Source: Alphaproteobacteria bacterium
Lineage (GTDB): Bacteria > Pseudomonadota > Alphaproteobacteria > UBA7887
Reading direction: 5' to 3'
NCBI GenBank assembly: GCA_965216755.1
Contig: CBDCGL010000011.1
Coordinates: 224,001 to 288,000, forward strand
DNA: 64,000 nucleotides
A model generated the notes under the pieces. It was not told the origin of the DNA and did not search any database. It was given only the letters and a program-made list of their open reading frames with translations. Below are positions 37,310 through 47,634 of the stretch, piece by piece. A program made the position numbers and the translations under genes. How positions within the stretch are numbered: position 1 is the stretch's first letter; every line of letters begins with the position of its first letter.

Positions 37310-38204
37310 CCCATGACGATCGAATCAAACGCGAATGAGCTGATATCCGGGTCAGCCGGTGCCTGTTTCTCGAGATGATTGCAGGAACGCAACCGCTTCC
37401 TCGACCAGGTCTTCTGACTGTTCTTTGACCTGAGCCATCGTGCCGCGCAGTGCCTCCGCCGACTCGCTGCTGGTTCTGGCGCCGGAGCTGACTTCCTGCA
37501 TGTTATCCGCAACTTCTTGAGACCCGCTCGCCGCGTTCTGAATGTTCGAGCTGATTTCGGCCGTTGTCGCTTCTTGCTCGGTAATCGCTGAGGCAATTGC
37601 GCCCGAAATCTCCTTGATCTGATGGACCGTCGTTTCCAACTTCTCGATCGTCGAGACTGTGTTGCCGGTTGCGTCTTGCATTGCTCGTACCTGGTGGGCG
37701 ATATCTTCCGTGGCTTTTGCGGTCTGGCCAGCGAGTGACTTAACCTCTGACGCGACGACGGAGAACCCTTTGCCGGCTTCGCCGGCGCGCGCGGCCTCTA
37801 TCGTGGCGTTCAGCGCCAACAAATTCGTTTGACCCGCGATTGTATTAATCAGGTCCAAGACCTCATTAATGCTGCCGGCGGCCTGCGATAACGTCAGGAC
37901 GACCTCTTTGGTATCGGTCATGCGATCTGCAGCATCGGACGTGATATCATTCGCATGCGTGATCTGACGATTGATCTCGGTAATTGACGCCAACATCTCT
38001 TCCGATGCTGCGGCAAGGGCTTGCATGCTTGCCGTTGTTTCCTCGACTGCCGCGGCGACTGTTGTACTGCGTTGGCTGGCGTCGTCGGCGTTGTCCGATA
38101 CGATTCCGATGGAACCGTTCATATCGAAGATTGCCGCGGCGATTTCTCGGATATTGTCGACAAGCCTTTCCGTTAGGGCCGTAAAGTCGTCCACCTTTTG
38201 ACCC

Positions 38205-39881
38205 TGGCTGTGTGAAAACGCGATGGGTGATACGATTCATCGGTTGGCTGCGCGGGGGATCGTATGAAGCGCTTTATCGAGGGTATCGATCGCGATCAAA
38301 CGACGCTTTTTCCTGAGCGGTTGGAAGATTGGGTGGGCGAGGACAATCCGGTTCGCGTAATCGATTTCTTTGTCAGCGAACTGGATCTTGGCGATCTGGG
38401 GTTCGATGGTGTCGAACCGAAGGTGACGGGTCGACCAGCGTATCACCCGTCGATGTTGCTGAAGCTCTATGTGTACGGCTATCTAAATTGGGTCCAGTCG
38501 AGTCGTCGGTTGGAGCGCGAGGCGGGCCGCAATGTCGAGGTGATGTGGTTAACCGGTCGTTTGGTACCGGATCACAAGACGATTGCCGACTTCCGCAAGG
38601 ACAATGGTTCGGCGATCCGCACGGTCTGCTCCGAGTTTGTCGAGTTGTGCCGCCGGATCGGATTGTTGGCGACGGCGAGCGTGGCCATTGATGGTTCCAA
38701 GTTCAAGGCGGTCAACAACCGGGACCGGAACTTCACCAAGGCAAAGATGGCGCGGCGAATGAAGCAGATCGAGGAAAGCGTCGCTCGTTATCTCGATCAA
38801 CTGGATAGCGCCGACCGCCAGGAACCGACAGATGAGATTGAGTCTCGGATCACGCGTCTTCACGAGAAGATCGACAAACTGCGCGAGGAGATGGATCGCC
38901 TTAACGCCTTGGATGTCCAGATGATGGACTCGCCCGACGAACAAATCTCGCTGACGGATCCCGATGCCCGTTCCATGGCAACCAGTGGCAGGGGCTCTGG
39001 TGTTGTCGGTTACAACGTTCAGGCCGCAGTGGAGACCGATCATCACTTGATCATCGCGCATGACGTGATCCAGAGCGGTAGTGACCGGGCCTCGTTAGCG
39101 CCGATGGCGGAACAGGCCAAGGCGGCGCTCGGGGTCGATGACCTCGATGTCGTTGCCGACAGAGGCTATTTCAGTTCCGAGCAGATCAAGGAGTGTGCCG
39201 ATGCCGGTATCACGCCAACGCTGCCGAAGCCGATGACAACGGGCATCAAGGCCAGTGGGCGGTTCGGTAAGCAAGACTTTCGCTATAGGGTCGACCAGGA
39301 CGTGTACATATGTCCCGCTGGCCAGACGCTGTCATTCGTTTCCCACAAGCGACAAAGGGGCGGTCCCGATCTAAGGCGATACGCGACCAAGGACTGCGGA
39401 GCCTGCCCGATGAAGGCACGGTGTACTACCAGCACCGGGCGGGTGATCACGCGCTGGGAGCATGAATATCTATTAGAGGACGTGCAGCGCCGCCTCGACG
39501 AGAACCCACAGGCCATGCGCATCCGCCGCGAGACCGTCGAGCACCCGTTCGGGACCATTAAAATGCGGATGGGCGCCACCCATTTCCTGATGAAGCGGCT
39601 GAAAAACGTCAAAACGGAAATCGCTCTGGCCGTCCTCGCCTACAATCTCACCCGCGTCATTAACATCATGGGCGTGGGACCACTGATGACCGCAATGAGG
39701 GCATAGGCAAAGCCCATTTGCGAGCCCTGTTCGGGGGCCCGGCTAACCAACCACTCCCAAACCCGTCAGTAGAGCTCGAGCGACCGCACAGACGGCAATC
39801 GGCGGATTGCTCGGATCCTGCTCTTGCCAATCCCCGCATGCCGTACGGCAAATATCATCGCGCGCGTTTTTACACGCCCAA
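38205..39881 (+). mobile_element. IS1182 family insertion sequence
   Basis: Imperfect IRs TGGCTGTGTGAAAACGCG / CGCGTTTTTACACGCCCAA; flanking direct repeat GACC(C) at 38200 and 39882. Confidence 0.88.
38264..39706 (+). CDS. IS1182 family transposase
   Basis: Motifs GRPAYHP..LLKLYVYGY, SSRRLE, PDHKTIADFR, IDGSK, ADRGY and VEHPFGTIK. Confidence 0.93.
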   Translation: MKRFIEGIDRDQTTLFPERLEDWVGEDNPVRVIDFFVSELDLGDLGFDGVEPKVTGRPAYHPSMLLKLYVYGYLNWVQSSRRLEREAGRNVEVMWLTGRLVPDHKTIADFRKDNGSAIRTVCSEFVELCRRIGLLATASVAIDGSKFKAVNNRDRNFTKAKMARRMKQIEESVARYLDQLDSADRQEPTDEIESRITRLHEKIDKLREEMDRLNALDVQMMDSPDEQISLTDPDARSMATSGRGSGVVGYNVQAAVETDHHLIIAHDVIQSGSDRASLAPMAEQAKAALGVDDLDVVADRGYFSSEQIKECADAGITPTLPKPMTTGIKASGRFGKQDFRYRVDQDVYICPAGQTLSFVSHKRQRGGPDLRRYATKDCGACPMKARCTTSTGRVITRWEHEYLLEDVQRRLDENPQAMRIRRETVEHPFGTIKMRMGATHFLMKRLKNVKTEIALAVLAYNLTRVINIMGVGPLMTAMRA

Positions 39882-40438
39882 GACCCATATTGGCCGTAGC
39901 ATTGTTGATGTGTTCGGACGTGCGGAGGTACTCGCCTTGCAGGCCGGAATGAACGACTTTGCGGTAGTATATATTCTGGCTGACTGCATCCAAGCTTGCA
40001 CCGGCTTCTCGGACAAACGCATCCGACACATCGGCGAAGTCGTTGATGGCGTGTTTCAGCGTTGCCAGCGGGTCGGTTTCATCAATCCCGATCAACCTAG
40101 CTTCGAAGTTGCCTTTGCGGAGTTCGCGCAGGACATCGGTCATCGCCGCGACTTCTCGCTCTTGGCTGGCCAGCCGGTTTTCGACTTGGCTCAACGCCGC
40201 GTTAAGTGTGTCGGCCAGTTCGGCCGCCGCGCCTTCCAATGATGACGTGTCGACACGTGCCGCAAGATCGCCGGCGGCAAGTTGCCGGCAGCAATCCACA
40301 AGTGCCTCAAGTGACGGCAATAGTGCAGTATCAGAGCGTGAGAACAAATGCATCGTAAGTCGTTCCCTGGTCGGCAAGCATCGATTGTAAGAGTTTGGTC
40401 GATTTCTCGAGTCCGACCTTTCGGTCCGTATGTTTGTT

Positions 40439-41740
40439 GGTCCAGCCCGGAGACATAGGTAACAGTTTGTACCTAAGACATGGGTGACAACCACGCGCCG
40501 AACGGGTTGTCGAGGGGTTGCAGGGTTCTCTGTTCAAGATCGACGTAACCGAGATCATAGTGCATGAAGCTGACGAGCCAAATGGCGTCGTCAACTTCCT
40601 TGATGCCGAGCCTTTGCCCCGCGAGCACGGTTGAGACATTGATTTTTTTGCGGTGCAAGCAGATGCGGCCGCAATTGGTAACCAGGATGTCGCGATCGTG
40701 AAAGGGGTAGGCGAGCTCTGGGACGCCGGTATAGGGCCGGGTTGAGGGTTTGTAGACCTCGTCTGGTGGTTTCATGTCCAGGGCCTGGTGGGGTCGTTCC
40801 GTGTTGAATTCGTCAACGAAGGCATCGAAGCGTGCTTGCTGCTGCAGGCTGTTCATGCCGGGCGGCCGTGTGGCTTCCTTTTTCAAAGTAAGGTGGAGGC
40901 GCTCGTGTCGGCCATTTTCTTGGGGATGGCCTGGTTTGATGCGCTCGATCTGAATGCCGAGGCGTAGCCACCAGACGGAGAGCTTGGAGAGATTGAACAA
41001 ACCGTTGGGGCTGGCGAAGGGTACGCCATTGTCCGATCTGATGGCGGCGGGCAGGCCACGTTCAGCAAACAGGCGTTCGAAGGCGGTGAGAGTGAGATCT
41101 TGCTTTGTCGACTCGAGAGCTTCGCACATCAGGACGAAGCGCGAGGCATGGTCGGTAACGGTCAAGGGGTAACAATACCGCCGGTTGCCGAGTCTGAACT
41201 CGCCTTTGAAGTCGGTGCACCACAAATCATTGGGTGCGGTGCCAGCGGACACGGGTGTGCCTTTGGCTCTTCGGCGGGGCCGGCCTTTGCGTTTGACCAG
41301 GCCGTGCCGGTCGAGGACGGCATGAACGGTACTTTGGGCTGGGATGCGGACATCCCCGGCCAGGCGGCGGACGAGCAGCTCACGGATCTTGCGTGCGCCC
41401 CAATGGGGTTTCTCCTTTTTGAAGCGGATGATCAGGCTTTCGACCTGTGCCGGCAATTGGTTGGCATAGCGAACCGGCCGGCGGGAGCGGTCGCAGAGGG
41501 CTTCGAGCCCGTGCTCCTTGTAGCGATTGTAGATTTTGTAGCCTGTCTTGCGCGAGATACCGAACTGACGGCAGACATCGCTCATTGGCTCGCCCTCTAA
41601 CAGGCGGGCGACAAAACGTAGACGTTCTTCCATGACCGAACTCTCTTTCCACGGCATCAACACCTCCGGCCCCACGAATTCGGCCAAAAGTGTTACCCAT
41701 GTGTCCGGTACAAAACGTCACCTATCTCTCAGGTCGGTCA
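40439..41740 (-). mobile_element. IS481 family insertion sequence
   Basis: Ends carry repeated GA(C/G)AT(A/G)GGT(A/G)AC motifs in inverted orientation; GTT is present on both flanks (40436-40438 and 41741-41743). Confidence 0.85.
40473..41687 (-). CDS. IS481 family transposase
   Basis: MPWKE..VMEER, HTH, WGARKI, WCTDFKG, RSDNG.PF and PQENGRHER (DDE); true start probably MPWKE near 41657. Confidence 0.92.
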   Translation of the reverse strand: MAEFVGPEVLMPWKESSVMEERLRFVARLLEGEPMSDVCRQFGISRKTGYKIYNRYKEHGLEALCDRSRRPVRYANQLPAQVESLIIRFKKEKPHWGARKIRELLVRRLAGDVRIPAQSTVHAVLDRHGLVKRKGRPRRRAKGTPVSAGTAPNDLWCTDFKGEFRLGNRRYCYPLTVTDHASRFVLMCEALESTKQDLTLTAFERLFAERGLPAAIRSDNGVPFASPNGLFNLSKLSVWWLRLGIQIERIKPGHPQENGRHERLHLTLKKEATRPPGMNSLQQQARFDAFVDEFNTERPHQALDMKPPDEVYKPSTRPYTGVPELAYPFHDRDILVTNCGRICLHRKKINVSTVLAGQRLGIKEVDDAIWLVSFMHYDLGYVDLEQRTLQPLDNPFGAWLSPMS

Positions 41741-42633
41741 GTTCTCTTCGCCCAGAAGTTTCCTGTAGATGGGTTTTATCGTTTCGACCTTCTCAGGATC
41801 GGGTTTGCGCCGGTTTGAGTGGTAACCGATAATGTTTTCCTGGCTATCGAAGCTGGGCGTGACATGCGCAAAGACCCAGTAGAAATCACCGTTCCTGGCA
41901 GCGTTGATCACATACGCAAATATCTCTTTCTTCGCGGCGATTTGGTCCCACAACAGCTTAAGGACGCAGCGCGGCATGTCTGGATGGCGGACAACGCTGT
42001 GTGGGGCCCCAATTATTTCTTTTTCGTCGTAATCGGCGACGCGCAGAAAAACACCGTTGGCGTAGGTGATCTTACCGTTCATGTCGGTTTTGCTGACGAT
42101 GAATTCGTCGGGCGCAAAGGTGCGTTCGTGGCCTGTCAGGACGGCACGGTCGAGCTTTCTGGCCATGTCTAGGTCTCCTGGTCATTCTCTTTGGAAGGAG
42201 GATTCGGCGACCGCCAAACACAACGAACTCAAGTTGAGATGTTTCCTAACGCCGACATAACCATAGTTGGGTGGAGGTTAACATTGGATTTATTCCTAAC
42301 GCATATAGACTATGCATAAATAATAGACGATGCTGCCTTTTGGCCAAGGCATGTAATGCTCTAAAGTAAACTTTCAGTATTAATTTCGTAATTACAATAT
42401 AGACTTTCTAAGCGGAAGAATAGTATCTAATCATCGTATTGTCTTGTGGTCTCATACTGTTTTTCGTATCCGCCTTAGGTTTTTGGGTGTCCGGGTTGTT
42501 GGTTCGGTCCCTGCGATCGTTCAAGACATTTTCTTGAGCCGCGCACGCCGAGAACTTATAGTCAAGACCTTACTCTGGGCGGGGGAATTATCAGAGTTCA
42601 GGGGCTTTTGCCCGGGACCGACGAGGAGGCGGC

Positions 42634-43440
42634 ATGAGCGACACCGGCGCGCGTGGGCCAACGGCGAGATCGGCATGGCCGGAAATTCGGACAGTATCGA
42701 TGGGCGACGTTGTCGCCATCCTGGCGGCGGGCTTACGGGATTTTCGCGCCGCGCCGCGCCATGGGATTTTGATTGCCGGCATTTATGCGGTGGGTGGATG
42801 GATCCTGGTGCTACTGCTGCTCTATTTGGACCTGCCGTTTATGGTCTATCCGTTGGCGGCCGGATTCGCACTGATCGCCCCATTCATCGCGACGGGATTC
42901 TATGCCATCAGCCGCGCGTTGGAGCGGGGCGATCCGGTCACAATGTCGGCTCTACTTGACGCGTTGCGTGCCGCGGTTCGTAGTGATCTTGGTTGGATGG
43001 CTTTGATCACGGGGTTTTCGTTGTTCATTTGGATGGATATTGCTGCGCTGTTGTTTTTTGGGTTTCTCGGTCTTGATGCACTGAATACCGACGCGTTGTT
43101 GGGGCGCATTTTCATGACGCCGTCTGGGCTCCTCTTTTTGGTGATAGGCAATGCGGCCGGCGCCGTGATTGCTCTGGGGGTGTTCTCAATTTCGGTGACT
43201 TCATTTCCCATGCTCTTCGACCGCGAGGTTGACTTCGTTACGGCGATGATCACGAGTGTGAAGGTCGTTACCGGCAGTCCGCTGCCCATGATCGCTTGGT
43301 GTGCGACCATTGCCGTTCTTGTCGGTTTGTCTCTGCTATCGGGATTTGTGGGATTGTTTATCGTCTTACCGGTACTCGGACATGCGTCATGGCATCTATA
43401 TCGGCGCGCGGTCGGGCCGGCCGCCACGGTGACTGAATAG
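42634..43440 (+). CDS. DUF2189-like integral membrane protein
   Basis: Motifs AGLRDFR, GFALIAPFIATGFYAISR and LPVLGHASWHLYR; multiple hydrophobic segments; RBS GAGGAGG. Confidence 0.82.
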   Translation: MSDTGARGPTARSAWPEIRTVSMGDVVAILAAGLRDFRAAPRHGILIAGIYAVGGWILVLLLLYLDLPFMVYPLAAGFALIAPFIATGFYAISRALERGDPVTMSALLDALRAAVRSDLGWMALITGFSLFIWMDIAALLFFGFLGLDALNTDALLGRIFMTPSGLLFLVIGNAAGAVIALGVFSISVTSFPMLFDREVDFVTAMITSVKVVTGSPLPMIAWCATIAVLVGLSLLSGFVGLFIVLPVLGHASWHLYRRAVGPAATVTE

Positions 43441-43627
43441 TACCGAGGCGATTGCCCACCTGTCGCGGGCTTACCTGGGCACCTCTTGTTCGACTATTAC
43501 CGTAACTTTTTGAAATTCCAGGGTGATCAAGGGCTTGTGCGGTGTTTGCGATCACAGCAGGCCGATATCGCGAGGCATAGACTTACGGTCGAACTCGAAT
43601 GACGATGGCGAACAAAGGACGTGCGCC

Positions 43628-43879
43628 ATGAACGATCTAAACGAAGCCATTCTTGCTTTGATTCTGGCGGCGATGACCGGGATCGGTGCAGATGCCGACA
43701 TATTGGTGAATAAGCCCGGCGAGCCGCCATATCTTGCCCCAAGGGCCGGATATTACGAAACCGATCGGCGCCCCCTGCGGCGCGCATCGAACGAATATGT
43801 TCAATACGAACCATGCCGGATCCAACGCGCGAACGGGCAGGGGTGTTTCGTGACGGGCGCCCAAGTACCTGCGATGTAG
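43628..43879 (+). CDS. Small hypothetical protein, possibly exported
   Basis: AAGGA RBS, hydrophobic N-terminus, two C-terminal Cys; 83 aa. Confidence 0.45.
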   Translation: MNDLNEAILALILAAMTGIGADADILVNKPGEPPYLAPRAGYYETDRRPLRRASNEYVQYEPCRIQRANGQGCFVTGAQVPAM

Positions 43880-43978
43880 TCCCGAGCCTCTTGCCCAAAG
43901 TGCCTTAGATAGGGGGACATCTGTCTGCGCCGTTATGCCCCGGGTGCCCCCTATCCAAGCCGCGTCATGATTTTATCG

Positions 43979-44860
43979 TTAGGCTGCTAATTCTCTAATC
44001 GGTTGGCCGGTTCGTTTCGCAACAGACGCGCGCAGCTTTTGCAGTGCTTTGTGCTCGATCTGCCGCACGCGTTCCTTGCTAATGCCAAGTTCTTTGCCAA
44101 GTTCTTCAAGTGTCACCGCGTTCTCGCGCAAGCGCCGCTCGCTAATGATCGTGCGCTCGCGCGGTGTCAATTCCTCCAAAGCCTTGGCAAGCCATTGGGA
44201 ACGAGTGGCATTGTCACGTATTTCGATGACGACGTCTTCCGGGTTTTGCGAATCGTCTTGCAGAAAATCCTGCCACTCGTCATCGCTCGATTCGCTGACA
44301 TTGGCGTTGAGCGACTGTTCACTTGCCGCCAAACGCATCTCCATTTCCTCGACGTCGTTCACTTTGACGCGAAGCTCCTTGGCAATTTTTGCCTTGCTCT
44401 CTTCGCTCAACCAGCCGTCGACATCATCCGAGTATTTGGCGCGCATTCGACGCAAATTGAAGAATAGGGCTTTTTGGGCTGCAGTCGTGCCGGTTCGCAC
44501 GATTGACCAATTTCGCAAAACGTAATCCTGCATGGAAGAACGTATCCACCACGACGCATACGTGGAGAACCGGATCTCGCGTTCGGGTTCAAATCGAGCG
44601 GCGGCTTGCAGAATGCCGATATTGCCTTCTTGGACGAGATCGCTCATGGGCAAGCCATAATTGCGAAAGCGGGCGGCGATTTTGATCACCAGCCGCGAGT
44701 AAGCGTTGATGAGTTCGTGCAGCGCTTCCTCGTCGTTGTTATTACGCCACCGGCGGGCCAGCTCGAATTCACGCTCGCGGGTCAGCAGCGCGGCCTTCAT
44801 TGACCGGTTGATGTAGCGCCGGTTGGCCTTCTGCGTTTCGGGACTATCAATGTGTGCCAT
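43979..44860 (-). CDS. rpoH: RNA polymerase sigma-32 family factor (RpoH2-like)
   Basis: Motifs DLVQEGNIG, RFSTYASWWIR, RpoH box QKALFFNLR and SKERVRQIE. Confidence 0.9.
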   Translation of the reverse strand: MAHIDSPETQKANRRYINRSMKAALLTREREFELARRWRNNNDEEALHELINAYSRLVIKIAARFRNYGLPMSDLVQEGNIGILQAAARFEPEREIRFSTYASWWIRSSMQDYVLRNWSIVRTGTTAAQKALFFNLRRMRAKYSDDVDGWLSEESKAKIAKELRVKVNDVEEMEMRLAASEQSLNANVSESSDDEWQDFLQDDSQNPEDVVIEIRDNATRSQWLAKALEELTPRERTIISERRLRENAVTLEELGKELGISKERVRQIEHKALQKLRASVAKRTGQPIRELAA

Positions 44861-45588
44861 GTGGAGTCGCACCTAGGTTTCTTTATTGAGCGGAACCGCT
44901 TCCCTTGTGCCGCAGATTGCCTATGCCAACCCGGATGTCGGCCATTGCCCCATGGGGCGTGGTGACCGAGATGCAAGACGTGTTGACCCCCTTGGCGGCC
45001 CGGCGCGTCAATTGGTTGGTTTGTCTTTTAGTGCGCTGACCTGACATTGTGCTGCCGCGAATGTTTGTTTTGTGATGATGGAGATTACACTCGAATATAT
45101 TTTCCAATCAATAATAAAAACAAATGAAAACAAGTAAATAAACTTTCTTTGTTTAGGTTTTATTATAATATTCGCAAAAAATTTGACGCGAATTGGCTGG
45201 GCGTTCATGAAAACCGCAGAATTCCGGGATAGCTGGGCGTCATTTTGTCCAGCTGCGCAGCCATGGTTCGCCAGCGAACCAGCGGCTATCTTGATTGCCC
45301 GCAGGTGTGTCTGCGGCAGAAGTCAAGGGGCCATGGTGCGTTTGCACTAGCTGATAGGGTGACATTTCGTGATTGCGGTGACCAATATTGGCCTGTTTGC
45401 CGTCACAGGGTCTCGTCGCGGACATACCGGACAAGCGGTTTACCTTGTCGGCACCAAATGTAAGGTCTTCCGACGATCGGATGATCTACAGTATTTCACG
45501 CTCACATGCGTTCGCAGGACATGCTCTATGCAACTGATATCGATCAATTTGATTTCGTTCAAACACCTCTGTTTGAATGAAGATTGAT

Positions 45589-46314
45589 CTAGCGCGACGA
45601 CTGCACGCAAGCCAGAATGGGCCCCAGCTGGCGCACTCTTCCGAGAACAATGTCGGCCTGGCGAACCGCATCGGTGGCATGCGGTGACCGTAGCCGCGGG
45701 TTCGGCAGAATTGTTGCCAATTGGGCCGCCTGGCGGCGGCTGAGTTGGTCCGCCGAAACGCCGAAATGAGTCGTGGCGGCCCGTTCAATTCCGTATATGC
45801 CCGGGCCCCATTCGGCGATGTTCAAATAGATCTCAAGAATCCTGGATTTCGGCCAAAATGCCTCGATCAGGACCGTGAAATAGGCCTCGAGGCCTTTGCG
45901 GAAGAAACTTCGACCTGGCCACAGGAACAGGTTTTTGGCCGTTTGCATGGTGATTGTGCTCGCGCCTCTGAGCCGCTCACCGCGCCGATAGCCTTGATAG
46001 GCCTCGCGAATTGCCGACCAATCAAATCCCCAATGCTGGCAAAAAAGATTATCTTCGCGCGCAATAACCGATTCCGCGACCGACGGTGTAATCTCCGCTA
46101 ATCGTACCCACTTTTTGTCAATGGTATGTCCCTCTGTCGCGCGAATGAGCATAAGAGGTGTCAGCGGAGGCGGAACAAATCGATATGCGGTGACCGCCAG
46201 GGCGGGCCCGAGCACGGCGATAGCGATACATATGGCGATCACTCGGCGCCAAGGCCGCCGTGCGGAGTTGCGACCCGGTCGCTGTTTGTGGTTGTCAACT
46301 TGATTGGCCCGCAT
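45589..46314 (-). CDS. mtgA: Monofunctional peptidoglycan transglycosylase
   Basis: Motifs ED..FC.H.GFD, RGASTITMQTAKNLFL, RKGLE and YLNIAEWG; start uncertain. Confidence 0.9.
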   Translation of the reverse strand: MRANQVDNHKQRPGRNSARRPWRRVIAICIAIAVLGPALAVTAYRFVPPPLTPLMLIRATEGHTIDKKWVRLAEITPSVAESVIAREDNLFCQHWGFDWSAIREAYQGYRRGERLRGASTITMQTAKNLFLWPGRSFFRKGLEAYFTVLIEAFWPKSRILEIYLNIAEWGPGIYGIERAATTHFGVSADQLSRRQAAQLATILPNPRLRSPHATDAVRQADIVLGRVRQLGPILACVQSSR

Positions 46315-46488
46315 TGATGACTCTATACGCCACGAGGGTCCGGTGCTAAGAAGCAAATCTTTGGTGTCACGTTGTGTGTCTGGCATTCAGTCGGCTCGAT
46401 GAAAGCGCAAAGGAAACGAAACCAATCCACTGTTGGTCAGTTTCGTAAGGGAGCTCGCGAGGGTGCGGCCCGGTTTGGGAGCTTGACA

Positions 46489-47364
46489 ATGCATCTAGGT
46501 CTTTCGTCGCGAATTCGTGCGCATCTCGTTCGCGCGGCATTGGGTCAGGTTCAGAGGCTGATAGGCGCGCGACTTGTTGGCCCTTTCATTGCCATCCAGG
46601 TGGCGCTCTCTATAGCTTCGAAAACGTTGGGTGCAGCCAGTTTTCCGCTGGATATCGACGTCTATGCCGGTGGTTTGCATGTGGTGTCCGGGCGCGCCCA
46701 AGTCGAGCTTGAGCATGAGACCTACGCGATCGACGTAGACCTTGAGTTGGTCGGCCTTATCAGTATCTTCGTGCCATGGGAATCGCGTGTCCACGCTGAT
46801 GGCAAGAGATCCCAGTCATTGATCGAGCCACGCAATTACATCGCTAGATCTGGTGAATCCGATGACCTCGACTACCGTCACATGACGCGCGAGAACGGCA
46901 TTTGGCGCGTTGTTGAGGCGAACCCGCCAGCCATTCACTCCGGCGGTTGGTTGGGCCATTCCTTGACCGAAGGTGCGGTCGATCCGCTCAGCGCATTGAT
47001 CGCATTAATCGCCGCGTTCGACATTGGTCGTGATTGTGTCGACGTCGTACCGGTTTACGATGGCAAGAGGCGGTTTGACCTGGCGGCAAGAATGGTCGGA
47101 AAGGCCGTCTTGAAACCCGGTCGGCTATCCCGATTTTCAGGCAGCGCCTTGGTGTGTGACGTGGAAGTGAGACGCATCGCCGGCTTTGATTCAGAACGGG
47201 GAGCAGGGTCCTGGTTTTGGCGCGGGGATGGACGCGGCACGGAGCCATTGCGCGTCTGGATCGCGCGGTTACGAGCCGACCTTCCGCCCCTGCCGGTAAA
47301 AGCCAAAGTCAGCAGCCGGTTTGGGACTGTCGTTGCGCATTTTAAGCATGCTGATGGGCGCTAG
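46489..47364 (+). CDS. DUF3108-like exported protein
   Basis: Motifs VYAGG, AVDPLSA, VYDGKRRFDL and RVWIA......PVK; start uncertain. Confidence 0.65.
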   Translation: MHLGLSSRIRAHLVRAALGQVQRLIGARLVGPFIAIQVALSIASKTLGAASFPLDIDVYAGGLHVVSGRAQVELEHETYAIDVDLELVGLISIFVPWESRVHADGKRSQSLIEPRNYIARSGESDDLDYRHMTRENGIWRVVEANPPAIHSGGWLGHSLTEGAVDPLSALIALIAAFDIGRDCVDVVPVYDGKRRFDLAARMVGKAVLKPGRLSRFSGSALVCDVEVRRIAGFDSERGAGSWFWRGDGRGTEPLRVWIARLRADLPPLPVKAKVSSRFGTVVAHFKHADGR

Positions 47365-47634
47365 AACCTTGGCACCGAGCGCCGCTTGGTAGCTCTTAGA
47401 TTAGTTGAGAAACAGATTGTCAATATATTGATATCGAACTATTCTGGCAGATGTGGTATCATTTTTTTTGTTCGTAGATCCTATGGTTGGCGTTACAGTC
47501 CTGTCGCAGAGGGTAACCTGTGGCGTCGACCAAGTGGACGTGACGCTGGAATCGGTCCAAGCGCTGGACGGATTCATGGAGTGACAAGTGGGCCGCGCGA
47601 GCACAATATTGGCGTCGAATAGGCGGACGTAGAA

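Larger units (their letters stand above)
37352..40353 (-). pseudogene. Methyl-accepting chemotaxis protein (no evident TM segments) interrupted by IS1182
   Basis: The 5' part (40353-39882) and 3' part (38199-37352) join in frame as ...ANMGQKVDDF..., giving 439 aa. Signalling hairpin [26 protein letters not shown] is in the 3' part. Confidence 0.88.
40331..42166 (-). pseudogene. Stand-alone Aer-type PAS sensor (CetB-like) interrupted by IS481
   Basis: Motifs IVSKTD..GKITYAN, RHPDMPR, YWVFAHVTP and SNRRKP. 42166-41741 plus 40435-40331 join in frame (LLGEEN|KHTDRK), giving 176 aa. Confidence 0.87.

Noticed and set aside
37352-38194. Stand-alone 280-aa MCP, and the 39766-40494 and 41738-42166 ORFs as complete genes
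   Set aside because: They are fragments of two IS-interrupted genes that rejoin in frame.
43908-43955. GATAGGGGG...CCCCCTATC inverted repeat between convergent genes
   Set aside because: Long loop and imperfect stem; at most an ordinary terminator.
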